A DNA stretch of 64,000 nucleotides from Gemmatimonadetes bacterium bin94 (lineage in GTDB: Bacteria > Gemmatimonadota > Gemmatimonadetes > Longimicrobiales > Gaopeijiaceae), in assembly GCA_002238865.1 (NCBI GenBank), contig MPNE01000012.1:22937-86936 (forward strand), read 5' to 3'. A program made the position numbers and the translations under genes. This document shows, piece after piece, positions 26,501 to 35,348 of the stretch (position 1 is the first letter of the stretch; each line of letters starts with the position of its first letter). A model generated the notes under the pieces. The model did no database searches, was not told where the DNA came from, and was given only the letters and a program-made list of their open reading frames with translations.

Positions 26501-26857
26501 TCACTTACCTTCTCCTGTTCTCACTGACGTACCAAGAAGGTACTCAGGAAAGCCCAGTTGCCGTAGCTGTTCCAGCCGGGCAGTGTAGTTCTCGGGGTCA
26601 CGTTCCTGGACCAAGCGCAAGACTTCTCGGATTCCCTCCTCTTCCGTCGGCGTCAGAGGCTTCGAAGGTTTATCACGCTGGGGCGGGCCGTGCATGACCA
26701 CATCCGAAACGACACTGCCGTCAACGTCCCTCAACACCATTCGTACGGGGAAGGTTCCGAGCGGGACGCCTTCGGGGAATCGAACGGAACGCTTCCCGTT
26801 CGCAAGACGTTGCTCTATAACCGTAGGGATATCATCGGGTTCTGCCAGGTTGCTCAT
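26501..26857 (-). CDS. Hypothetical protein (118 aa), orphan
   Basis: ATG 26857 is preceded by AAGGAGG at about 5 nt spacing. A 6-bp hairpin (ggagag-aatg-ctctcc, 26485..26500) follows the stop directly. It lies in the low-GC islet, and I recognised no family. Confidence 0.45.
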   Translation of the reverse strand: MSNLAEPDDIPTVIEQRLANGKRSVRFPEGVPLGTFPVRMVLRDVDGSVVSDVVMHGPPQRDKPSKPLTPTEEEGIREVLRLVQERDPENYTARLEQLRQLGFPEYLLGTSVRTGEGK

Positions 26858-27026
26858 TTCGGCCTCCTTACAGCCTCCGAGGCTAAGTGCTAGTAGCACT
26901 CCATTCTTCCTTTGCTCCCATCTCAACCTCAGATTACTCAAGTCCCAATCGCGGCACCAGGGTGCCCTCCGGTCAAGGGCGCTTGCGCCGGTGGCATCGC
27001 AGGGGACGCCAGCGTCGGTCTGGTCG

Positions 27027-27230
27027 TCATCGACACCGCTCCTCACGTATCCATCGGACGATCTGGCACGTCCGGACGGCTGGCAGTCGCGCGCGCAACG
27101 TGTCCATCCTCGACGAGGCTTCGCGCCTCATGGAAACACCTGCCCACTCCCGGATGGTCGCGTTGACGGCGCGGTTGCGGGTACTCCGCGGCAGCCTCTC
27201 GATGATGCGCCAGGAGTCATCGTCGATCAT
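27027..27230 (-). CDS. Possible ribbon-helix-helix / antitoxin-like small protein
   Basis: MIDDDSWRIIERLPRSTRNRAVNATIREWA fits a strand-helix-helix pattern, and the tail IVRWIREER resembles antitoxin C-termini. An AAGGA motif lies upstream. The start is uncertain and the call is weak. Confidence 0.3.
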   Translation of the reverse strand: MIDDDSWRIIERLPRSTRNRAVNATIREWAGVSMRREASSRMDTLRARLPAVRTCQIVRWIREERCR

Positions 27231-27315
27231 AACGCGATCCTTCGAGCCATGGTGTCGTCCTCCAGGTGTCCTGGGATGTGTGCAGTCATCACACACCTCT
27301 ACGCATTCGGCAACG

Positions 27316-27511
27316 TCAATCGCCCGCCCCGCGCTCAGCCATCGCCTGCTGGGCGTCGGTGTCGCCAACATGGCAGGGCTCGATCCGCGCGACGGGTCGT
27401 CCACGGTGCGTGATCAACACCGCCTCCCCGCCCCGGACCTCCCTCAGCAATGCACTGGTTCGTGCCTGGCTTCGCTGACGCTGGCTCGTCCGATCCGGCC
27501 ATTATGGTCAT
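27316..27511 (-). pseudogene. Degenerate Phd/YefM-family antitoxin remnant
   Basis: The minus-strand translation contains ARTSALLREVRGGEAVLITHRGRPVARIEP (27465..27376), a classic Phd/YefM core. The preceding SVSEAR is in another frame, one missing base away, and the nearest ATG (27511) is in a third frame. Confidence 0.4.
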
Positions 27512-27644
27512 GTGGACGTTGTCCGCCAAGCGTCGACTCCCCCCCGACATCTCGTCAACAGCCCGAAACCCTGCTATTAGTGGGACCCACCGACCGACCG
27601 GGAAACCACCCACCAACCTGCCAGCCACCCCCGGAGAACCCATC

Positions 27645-30600
27645 ATGAAGTCGCCCCGCAGCCCATTCCGGCTCGCCCTCGCGCTCATTGCCCCGCTCGC
27701 CGCCCCACCCGCCCAAGCCCAGGACCCCGGGGCCATCTCGGCCGCCCTCGGCGACATCGAGTGGCGACACATCGGTCCCGTGAACATGGGCGGACGCGTG
27801 TCCGCCATTATCGGCGTGCCGGGTGATCCGCGGACCTTCTGGGTCGGCGCTGCCGACGGAGGCGTCTGGAAGACCAGCAACGGCGGTGTAACCTTCGACC
27901 ACCAGTGGGACGACGAGAACACGTACTCGGTCGGCGCGCTGACGCTTGCCCCCTCGGATCACAACGTCCTCTGGCTCGGTGCCGGTGAGGCGGACCCGCG
28001 CAACTCGGTCTCGTACGGTGACGGGGTGTACCGTTCGACCGACGGCGGGGCGACCTGGACCCACCTCGGCCTCGATGACAGCGAACGCATCAAGCGCATC
28101 GTCGTCGACCCGCGCGACCCGGACGTTGCCCTGGTCTGCGCCATGGGCCACGAATGGGGCCCCAACCGGGAGCGCGGCGTCTTCCGCACCACCGACGGCG
28201 GCCAGACCTGGGAGCACGTCCTCTTCGTTGACGAGGACACTGGGTGCTCGGACATGGACATCGACCTGACCAACCCCCGGAACGTCTACGCGGGCATGTG
28301 GACCTTCCGCCGCAAGCCGTGGCGCTTCGACGACGGGGGCAGGGAGACCGCGCTCTACGTTTCGCGCGACGGCGGCATCTCGTGGAAGAAGATCACGACC
28401 ACGCCGGACGAGCCCATGGCCCGCATCGGCGTCAGCGTGGCGCAGTCGCGCCCGAACATCGTCTACCTGATCACCGAGTACCCGACCGCCGGGACACTCT
28501 TCATGTCCGACGACTACGGCGAGACGTGGACGATGGTCAACGACAACAAGAACCAGCTCAACTTCCGGCCCTTCTACTACTCCGACGTGTACGTCGACCC
28601 GTCCGACCACGAGACGCTGTACACGCTCTCGGGCGGGCTGTCGAAGTCGACCGACGGGGGTCGAACCTTCGACCGCATCGCCAATGACGTGCACGGAGAC
28701 CACCAGGCGTACTGGATCGACCCGGCCGATGGCGAGCGCGTGCTCTCCGGTTCGGATGGCGGCATGCAGGTGTCGTACGACGGCGGCGCCAACTTCCACA
28801 TCTTCCGCAACTTCAGCCTCGCGCAGTACTACCACATCTTCGTGGACGACCGCGATCCCTACTACGTGTGCGGCGGATTGCAGGACAACGGAAACTGGTG
28901 CGGGCCGAGCCGGCTCAACGACCGCCGCGGCATCCTGCCCGGCTACTTCTACACGGTGTCCGGCGGCGACGGCTTCTACACCGTGCCGGTGCCGGGTCAG
29001 CCGAACCTGGTCTACTCGAACGCCCAGGGCGGCTACTTCCGCATCACGGACATCAACTCGGGGCAGACGCGGTCGATCGAGCCGTGGCCGCTCATGATCG
29101 GCTCACAGGGACAGGGCATGTTCCAGGCGCGCTACCGCTTCAACTGGGACGCGCCGATCGTGATCTCGCCGCACGACCCGGGCACGGTGTACTGGGGCGG
29201 CAACGTGGTCTTCCGCAGCAACGACTACGGCCACTCGTGGGACGTGATCAGTCCCGACCTCACCACCGACGACCCGGAGAAGCAGCTCGATTCCGGCGGC
29301 GAGATCTACCTTGACAACACGGCGGCCGAGTTCCACACCACGATCCTCACGATCGCCGAGGACGAGATCGAGCCGGGCGTGATCTGGGTCGGCACCGACG
29401 ACGGCAACGTGCAGATCACGCGCGACGACGGCGCGAACTGGACGAACGTGCGCGACCGCGTTCCCGGTCTGCCCGCCGAGACCTGGATCGGCAACATCGA
29501 GGCGTCGCCCACGGAGGCCGGCACGGCGTACATGGCCGTCGACAACCATCGCCTCGACGACTTCACGCCGCACCTGTACGAGACGCGCGACTACGGGCAG
29601 TCGTGGCGGGACATCTCGGCGGGGCTCCCCCAGGACGACTACGTGAAGGTCGTCCGGCAGCACCCCTCGAACCCGAACCTGCTCTTCGTCGGCATGGACC
29701 GGGGGATCTTCGCCTCGTGGGACCGCGGCGACACCTGGGTCGACATCCGCGGCAACCTTCCGCGCGTGTCGGTGCGGGGGATCAAGATCCAGCGCCAGTA
29801 CAACGACCTCGTCATCGGCACGCACGGCCGGGGCGCGTGGATCCTGGACGACATCCAGCCCATGGTCGAGCTGACGGAAGCGATCGGCCAGGACGCGCAT
29901 CTTTTCGACATCCGCATGGCTACCGAGTGGGAGATGTGGGGCCGCACGAGCAACTTCGGCCAGAGCCGCTTCGCCGGCGAGAATCCCGACCCCGGCGCCT
30001 GGATCCACTTCCATCTTTCGGAAGAGGCCGCCGAGACGGCCGGGAACTCCGTCGACGTGCGCATCACGGAGAGCGACGGAACGCTCGTGCGCGAGTTCCA
30101 GCACCGCGGTGTCGGGCCGGGCGTGAACCGCGCGATCTGGGACCTTCGCTGGAGCGGCGCCGAGCCGATACCGGGACAGGGCCCTCCTGGTGGCGGGTTC
30201 TTTTTCTTCGGACCGTCGGGCCCGCCCGCGGTGCCGGGCACCTACACGGCGACGGTCGCCGTGGGCGAGCAGGAATTGTCGAAGGACTTCCAGCTGCGCG
30301 GCGACCCGAATGTGGCGGCCTCGCAGGCCGTGTACGAGGAGCGCTTCACCGCGGCCATGCGTGCGCGTGACCTCGAGACGCAGCTCAACCGCATGGTGGG
30401 GACGATCCGCGACCTGGACGGACAGATCGACGGGCTCCTCGAGTCGATCGAGGGCAAGAACCTGTCCAACGAGGACCAGGTGAAGGCGGTCGCCGGCGAC
30501 GCGCAGAGTCAGCTGACAGCCGTGGGGAGCGAGGTTCGTCGTCCGCAGGGATCGATGAGCTATCGCGATTGGCCTCGTCTCATCGAGCAGCTCCGGAACA

Positions 30601-30794
30601 TTTCCCGTGCCGTGGGGGGTCCGCAGGCGCGACCGACCGTCGGGCAGATGGAGGTGCTCACGGAGATCGAAGCCGGCGCCGCTCAGCGGGCGCAGGAGCT
30701 CTCCGACATCGTGAACGGGGTGATCGTCGACCTCAACGAACTCCTGGAGGACGCGCCGAAGATCATTACCAACTGGAGGAGGGTGATCAGCTAG
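27645..30794 (+). CDS. BNR/Asp-box repeat protein (sortilin/VPS10-like, glycosyl-hydrolase-like), secreted
   Basis: ATG 27645 with a GGAG Shine-Dalgarno motif and a signal peptide (LALALIAPLAAPPAQAQ). It has about ten Asp-box motifs, including STDGGATW, TTDGGQTW, SRDGGISW, SDDYGETW, STDGGRTF, SNDYGHSW, TRDDGANW, TRDYGQSW and DRGDTW. Confidence 0.75.
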   Translation: MKSPRSPFRLALALIAPLAAPPAQAQDPGAISAALGDIEWRHIGPVNMGGRVSAIIGVPGDPRTFWVGAADGGVWKTSNGGVTFDHQWDDENTYSVGALTLAPSDHNVLWLGAGEADPRNSVSYGDGVYRSTDGGATWTHLGLDDSERIKRIVVDPRDPDVALVCAMGHEWGPNRERGVFRTTDGGQTWEHVLFVDEDTGCSDMDIDLTNPRNVYAGMWTFRRKPWRFDDGGRETALYVSRDGGISWKKITTTPDEPMARIGVSVAQSRPNIVYLITEYPTAGTLFMSDDYGETWTMVNDNKNQLNFRPFYYSDVYVDPSDHETLYTLSGGLSKSTDGGRTFDRIANDVHGDHQAYWIDPADGERVLSGSDGGMQVSYDGGANFHIFRNFSLAQYYHIFVDDRDPYYVCGGLQDNGNWCGPSRLNDRRGILPGYFYTVSGGDGFYTVPVPGQPNLVYSNAQGGYFRITDINSGQTRSIEPWPLMIGSQGQGMFQARYRFNWDAPIVISPHDPGTVYWGGNVVFRSNDYGHSWDVISPDLTTDDPEKQLDSGGEIYLDNTAAEFHTTILTIAEDEIEPGVIWVGTDDGNVQITRDDGANWTNVRDRVPGLPAETWIGNIEASPTEAGTAYMAVDNHRLDDFTPHLYETRDYGQSWRDISAGLPQDDYVKVVRQHPSNPNLLFVGMDRGIFASWDRGDTWVDIRGNLPRVSVRGIKIQRQYNDLVIGTHGRGAWILDDIQPMVELTEAIGQDAHLFDIRMATEWEMWGRTSNFGQSRFAGENPDPGAWIHFHLSEEAAETAGNSVDVRITESDGTLVREFQHRGVGPGVNRAIWDLRWSGAEPIPGQGPPGGGFFFFGPSGPPAVPGTYTATVAVGEQELSKDFQLRGDPNVAASQAVYEERFTAAMRARDLETQLNRMVGTIRDLDGQIDGLLESIEGKNLSNEDQVKAVAGDAQSQLTAVGSEVRRPQGSMSYRDWPRLIEQLRNISRAVGGPQARPTVGQMEVLTEIEAGAAQRAQELSDIVNGVIVDLNELLEDAPKIITNWRRVIS

Positions 30795-30809
30795 CGCACA
30801 CTGCGGTCG

Positions 30810-30840
30810 GGTCCGCTCGTCAACTCACGACGAGCGGCCC
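30810..30840. terminator. Hairpin between convergent genes (possible bidirectional terminator)
   Basis: ccgctcgtc (30813..30821) pairs with gacgagcgg (30829..30837) around a 7-nt loop, and flanking G/C bases extend the stem. It overlaps the stop codon of the ypdA-like gene. There is no clear U-tract. Confidence 0.45.
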
Positions 30841-31943
30841 GTCAGCCGTCCGGCAAGGTGCCCGGCGATGAGTTCCCCGTGCTCCCTGCCGTTCTCGATG
30901 AAGATCTTGTTTGCGTTGAACCCCGCGGCGATCACGCCTGCGATATACACGCCGGGCACGTTCGTCTCCATTGTCGCCGGGTCGTGTGCCGGAATCCCCG
31001 TCACGGGATCGGTCTCCACGCCCAGGCCGTGCAGCAACGTCCGGTCCGGTCGCCACCCGGTCATCGCCAACACCCAGTCGCTGGCCACCTCGACCGCCGC
31101 GCTGCCGTCCGCGCGCACGATCGTCGCCGTGCCGGGCCCCAGCCGCGCCACCCGCGACCCCCAGTGCATGGGGATCTCGCCGCTCGCGATCCGGTTGTCG
31201 ATGTCGGGCCTCACCCACGGCTTGACGCCTCGGTCGAAGACATCGAGGAAGTGCACCATGCGCACCCGCACCCCGTTCCGGTGGAGCTCCAGCGCCACCT
31301 CCACCGCCGAATTGCCCCCGCCGACCACCGTCACGTCCTGGTCGAAGAACGGGTAGGGATCCTTGTAGTAGTGGACGACCCGGCCGTCCGGATCACCGCC
31401 CTCCAGCTCGAGCCGGTTGGGCTCGCCGAAGCCGCCGGTGGCGATTACGACGGCGCGGGAATACAGGCAATCCTCACGGCCCCCGCGGGTGCGCGTGTGG
31501 ACGCTGAACCCCGCTCCGGGCAGCCCGCCAACGTGCCTCGCCTCGGATTTGTCCGCCATTTGGACCTCATTTTGGCCGACAAACGCATCCGCGCCGGGTT
31601 TGTCCGCCATTTCACTCCCGATATGGCCGACAAACCCCGTTACCTCCTCATACTGCCGCACCCTCAGCCCGTGATGCGCAACCACATGCCGATAGTACGC
31701 CAGCGCTTCGCGCCGCGTCGGCTTCGCTTCGGGAATCGTGAACGGCACGCCCCCGATCTCGAGCCGCTCGGCGGTCGAAAAGAACGTCATGTAATACGGG
31801 TAGTGCGTCAGCGACTCGGTAATGCACCCGCGGTCGATGACGACATGCCTCAGCCCGCTCTCCCTGGCCGCCACCGCCGCCGCCAGACCGCAGGGCCCGG
31901 CCCCGACGATGACGAGGTCGAGCGGATCCGCCTCCGCCGTCAC
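30825..31943 (-). CDS. ypdA: YpdA-family FAD/NAD(P)-dependent disulfide oxidoreductase (putative bacillithiol-disulfide-reductase type)
   Basis: GTG start. Motifs LVIVGAGPCGLAAA, MTFFSTAERLEIGGVPF, VTVVGGGNSAVEVALEL and METNVPGVYIAGVIAAGFNANKIFIENGREHG closely parallel Bacillus YpdA. It contains an extra ~34-codon insertion (see the repeat at 31548..31635). Confidence 0.8.
   Translation of the reverse strand: MTAEADPLDLVIVGAGPCGLAAAVAARESGLRHVVIDRGCITESLTHYPYYMTFFSTAERLEIGGVPFTIPEAKPTRREALAYYRHVVAHHGLRVRQYEEVTGFVGHIGSEMADKPGADAFVGQNEVQMADKSEARHVGGLPGAGFSVHTRTRGGREDCLYSRAVVIATGGFGEPNRLELEGGDPDGRVVHYYKDPYPFFDQDVTVVGGGNSAVEVALELHRNGVRVRMVHFLDVFDRGVKPWVRPDIDNRIASGEIPMHWGSRVARLGPGTATIVRADGSAAVEVASDWVLAMTGWRPDRTLLHGLGVETDPVTGIPAHDPATMETNVPGVYIAGVIAAGFNANKIFIENGREHGELIAGHLAGRLTGRSS
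31548..31635. repeat. Two tandem 51-nt units, each an imperfect hairpin, inserted in frame in ypdA
   Basis: The arms tttgtccgccattt (31548 and 31599) and t/a-tggccgacaaac (31572 and 31623) are near-complementary: an 11-bp stem with one mismatch. Loops and spacers differ between the two units. Local GC is lower than in the flanks. At protein level it reads ...EMADKPGADAFVGQNEVQMADKSEARH... Confidence 0.7.
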
Positions 31944-31944
31944 T

Positions 31945-33783
31945 TCAGCTGACCGGCCGCCCGCCCCGCAACACCACCTCGCCGGGCAGCTCGTCCGTGA
32001 ACTCGCCGTTGTCGATCGTGAGGACGCCGTTGACCATCACGTAGTCCACGCCATCGCTGTAGAGGTCGGGCTCCAGCACCGTCGCGCGGTCCCGCAGACG
32101 CTCCAGGTCGAAGATCACGACGTCCGCCTTGTACCCCTCGCGCAGCAGTCCGCGGTCGTCGAGCCCGATGATCCGAGCGGGCAGCCCGGTCATCGAACGG
32201 ATCGCGAAGGGCAGCGAGATCGCCTGCAGATCCTTCACGTAGTGCGCGATCTTGCGCGTGAATGCGCCGAAGTGCCGTGGATGCGCGCCGGGGCGCGATT
32301 CGAACTGCCGAACACCCGCAACCCCGCTCACCCCGGCGTCCGATGCCGTCGCGGTGTACTCCTGCCTGTAGTAGTTGACAACGTCCACGTCGTGAATGCC
32401 GTATCCCCGGGTCCAGGCCCCGCCGAGCACGTTCGGGTACCCGTTCAGGGCCATGTGGACCACGACCTCCTGGTAGGTCACGCCCATCTCCCCGGCCAGC
32501 TCGGTGAGCGTCCTTCCGACGAAGCTGGAATCGGGATAGTCCACAACCACCACCCGGTCCTCTCCGCCGTTGTGGTCCACGATCCAGGCGATGTCGCGCG
32601 AGATGCGCGCCCGGGCTGCGGGGTCGTTCCACCGCCGCGTGAGGTGCTCCCTGGCGTCGTCGAACATGCCCTCCCTGTTGTAGACGGGGCTGTCGCGGCC
32701 GCCGCTCGTGTCCACGTTGTCGGCCACCAGGCTCCAGCGCGGGATCATCGGCCGGGCACCGCCGCCGAAGGTCTCGTACGGGTAGACATCGAGGTAGACC
32801 TCGAGCCCCTCGGCCCGGGCCGCGTTCACAACCAGCGTATCGTGACCCGAACGCCCGAAGCTTGAGCGGCCGCGCGCCTTGTGATGGCTCGCCACCACGC
32901 GGATCCCCGTCTCACGCGCGATGTTGATGGTCTCCTGGAGGCCCTGCAGCCCGTCGACCGGCCAGTCGTCCACATTGCTGGGGAGCTGCCAGAGCGGCAT
33001 GGTCGCTTCGCTGCGCTGGTGCGCCACGTAGAACCCGTCGTAGGGCGCCACCTCGGATGCCAGGGCGATCACCTCCTCGGGCGTGCTGAAACGGGCGGGT
33101 CTGTACTCGATTCCGGCGCCGAGCCCCCATGCTCCGGCTTCCATCCCCTGCCGCACCAACTCCCGCATGCGCGCCATCTCCTCTGCGGTGGCGGGGCGTT
33201 CGTAGTCGTTCCTCATCACCGCGTTCCGCACGGTACTGTGACCCACCATGGGAACGAAATTCATGGCATGGCCCTGGTCACGGAGCGCCGCGATCTCGGA
33301 ACTGAGCGGCCATCGGGCGTTGCGACCGTCCGCCCCGCCGATCACCGTCGTGAGTCCCTGGCTGTTCAGGCTCTTGGCCCGGCGGGCTTCGAGGAACTCG
33401 GAGGTCATCGCCTGGTCGGAGTGCGAGTGAAGGTCGATGAACCCCGGCGACACGTACATTCCGGTGGCGTCGATCACGCGGCTTGCGGTGGCGTCCGGCA
33501 TGCGGCCGAGGCGCACGATGCGGTCGCCGTCGATGGCGATGTCGGCACGGAACCAGTCGTTTCCGGTGCCGTCGATGATCCGGCCGTTGCGAATCAGGAC
33601 ATCGTAGTCCTGCGCGAGCGTGATCTCGGCCGGAACCGCCACGGCGAGGAGGAGAGCAGCCGGCGCGAGAATGCGGACTGCCGGCGCGGGCAAGCGGATC
33701 GCGCGCGCAACCGGGCGCCCGATTGACGCACGACGGGAAACCCCGTCCGCCACCGTTGTGGTTGGAGTGCCCCTGATTGTCAT
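31945..33783 (-). CDS. N-acyl-D-amino-acid deacylase (D-aminoacylase) family amidohydrolase, secreted
   Basis: ATG 33783. YDVLIRNGRIIDGTGNDWFRADIAIDGDRIVRLG...VSPGFIDLHSHSD, and the C-terminal GLLREGYKADVVIFD...VMVNG, are typical of the family. Its start overlaps the stop of the upstream gene (33780..33783). Confidence 0.8.
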   Translation of the reverse strand: MTIRGTPTTTVADGVSRRASIGRPVARAIRLPAPAVRILAPAALLLAVAVPAEITLAQDYDVLIRNGRIIDGTGNDWFRADIAIDGDRIVRLGRMPDATASRVIDATGMYVSPGFIDLHSHSDQAMTSEFLEARRAKSLNSQGLTTVIGGADGRNARWPLSSEIAALRDQGHAMNFVPMVGHSTVRNAVMRNDYERPATAEEMARMRELVRQGMEAGAWGLGAGIEYRPARFSTPEEVIALASEVAPYDGFYVAHQRSEATMPLWQLPSNVDDWPVDGLQGLQETINIARETGIRVVASHHKARGRSSFGRSGHDTLVVNAARAEGLEVYLDVYPYETFGGGARPMIPRWSLVADNVDTSGGRDSPVYNREGMFDDAREHLTRRWNDPAARARISRDIAWIVDHNGGEDRVVVVDYPDSSFVGRTLTELAGEMGVTYQEVVVHMALNGYPNVLGGAWTRGYGIHDVDVVNYYRQEYTATASDAGVSGVAGVRQFESRPGAHPRHFGAFTRKIAHYVKDLQAISLPFAIRSMTGLPARIIGLDDRGLLREGYKADVVIFDLERLRDRATVLEPDLYSDGVDYVMVNGVLTIDNGEFTDELPGEVVLRGGRPVS

Positions 33784-35348
33784 CTTGCGGTCAGCCTCCC
33801 GATGATGGCCTGTCCGGGCGTCGCGCCCGCTACGTTTTCTCCGTCCCGCACGACGAACTCGCCGTTGACCAGGACGTGGGCGACCCCCACCGAATAGGAC
33901 AGGTCGTCCTCGAAGGTCGCGGTGTCGATGATGGTCCCCGGGTCGAACACGGTCACGTCGGCATCGGCTCCCGCCTGGACGCGACCCTTGCGCATGCCCT
34001 GGTCCGTCATCCGCTCCAGCCTCTTCGCCGGCATGATCGTGATTCTGGCGAGTCCGTCCATCAGCGACATGAGCCCGTCGTCGCGCACGTACCGGCCCAG
34101 AAAGCGCGAGAATGTGCCGGCGCTGCGGGGATGCGCCCCCGGCGCGTACGGCATCCCGTCGGAGGCGACCATGACGAAGTCGCGCGACAGCGCCGCTCGG
34201 ATCCACTCGTCCTTCATCATGTGGATGATCACCGTGCCGCCGCTGGCGCGATAGCTGCGGAAGGTCTCTTCCGTCAGACGCTCGCCGCTGTCCTGCCACT
34301 GAACGTCACCGTAGCCGATCTGGAGCTTCTCCTGCCATCCCGGGTCGAAGATGGCGGATTGCAGCGATGTCGAGGCGGCCGTGTAGGGGTAGACCTCGGT
34401 GGTCACATCGAAGCCCCGGTCCTGGACGCCGTCGACGAGGTCCAGCACCGGGCCGATGTTCCACAGGCTCGAGCTGTTGGCGTGGACGATGTGAAGCGAT
34501 GCGCCCGTCGCGACCGCGTTGGCGATCACTTCCTGCATGGCGCTGATGGCCATGGCGCGGACATGCGTGTAGATGGTGACGTCCTCCTCGGCGGCGAACT
34601 TGAACACGTCGAGGATCTCGTCCAGGGAGGCGCCCGGGTAGTACTGGTGGGCCATCCCTATCCCCAGCGCCCCCTCGGCGAGCCCCTGTGCGAGGGCGTC
34701 GCGCATCGCCTCGAACCGGTCGCGTCCCACGGGGTCGTACTTGGCGGCGGAGCCGACCGACTCAAGCGCGAGCAGCCCGGCCTCGGCGTCGTCTTCGGCG
34801 AGCATGAGCGCGCGATGCACCGCCTCGACGCGTTCGGGCATCGCCCACGTCCTGACCGACATGTGGGACACGGTCGCACCGAAGTTCAGGATCGAACCGG
34901 TGCTTCTTTCAGCCAGAAAGGCCGCGGGTCTCGCCACTCCGCTCTCCAGCTCCAGGGCGGTGGTGACCCCGTCGCGGGCCTGGAACTCGTTGGCGCGATT
35001 GGTCTGGCCGTGAGCGTGCAGGTCGATGAACCCCGGCGCCACGACGAGGCCGGAGACGTCCAGTTCCACCTCGCCGGAGAGCGGCTCTTCCGAGACTGCG
35101 GCGATCTCCGACCCGCGTATGCCGACGTTGCGCACCGCGTCCAGTCCCGTCTCGGGGTCGATGACACGGCCGCCCGCCAGCACGATGTCGTAGCGCTCCT
35201 GGGCAATTGCGGAGGCGGGCGGGGCGAAGAAGATCGCGAAGGCGGTGAACGCCGCGAACGCGCCGGCGCGGAGCAGGTTCCGTCCGGCGAAGCGAGAGGG
35301 CGCACGGTGCGGCCCCGCATGAACGGGCGAGGGGCACCGCGCCGGCAT
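33780..35348 (-). CDS. D-aminoacylase-like amidohydrolase, membrane-anchored or secreted
   Basis: ATG 35348. It has a hydrophobic N-terminal segment (AGAFAAFTAFAIFFAPPASAIAQ), then YDIVLAGGRVIDPETG...VAPGFIDLHAHGQ and the C-terminal GADADVTVFDP...VLVNG. Confidence 0.75.
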   Translation of the reverse strand: MPARCPSPVHAGPHRAPSRFAGRNLLRAGAFAAFTAFAIFFAPPASAIAQERYDIVLAGGRVIDPETGLDAVRNVGIRGSEIAAVSEEPLSGEVELDVSGLVVAPGFIDLHAHGQTNRANEFQARDGVTTALELESGVARPAAFLAERSTGSILNFGATVSHMSVRTWAMPERVEAVHRALMLAEDDAEAGLLALESVGSAAKYDPVGRDRFEAMRDALAQGLAEGALGIGMAHQYYPGASLDEILDVFKFAAEEDVTIYTHVRAMAISAMQEVIANAVATGASLHIVHANSSSLWNIGPVLDLVDGVQDRGFDVTTEVYPYTAASTSLQSAIFDPGWQEKLQIGYGDVQWQDSGERLTEETFRSYRASGGTVIIHMMKDEWIRAALSRDFVMVASDGMPYAPGAHPRSAGTFSRFLGRYVRDDGLMSLMDGLARITIMPAKRLERMTDQGMRKGRVQAGADADVTVFDPGTIIDTATFEDDLSYSVGVAHVLVNGEFVVRDGENVAGATPGQAIIGRLTAR

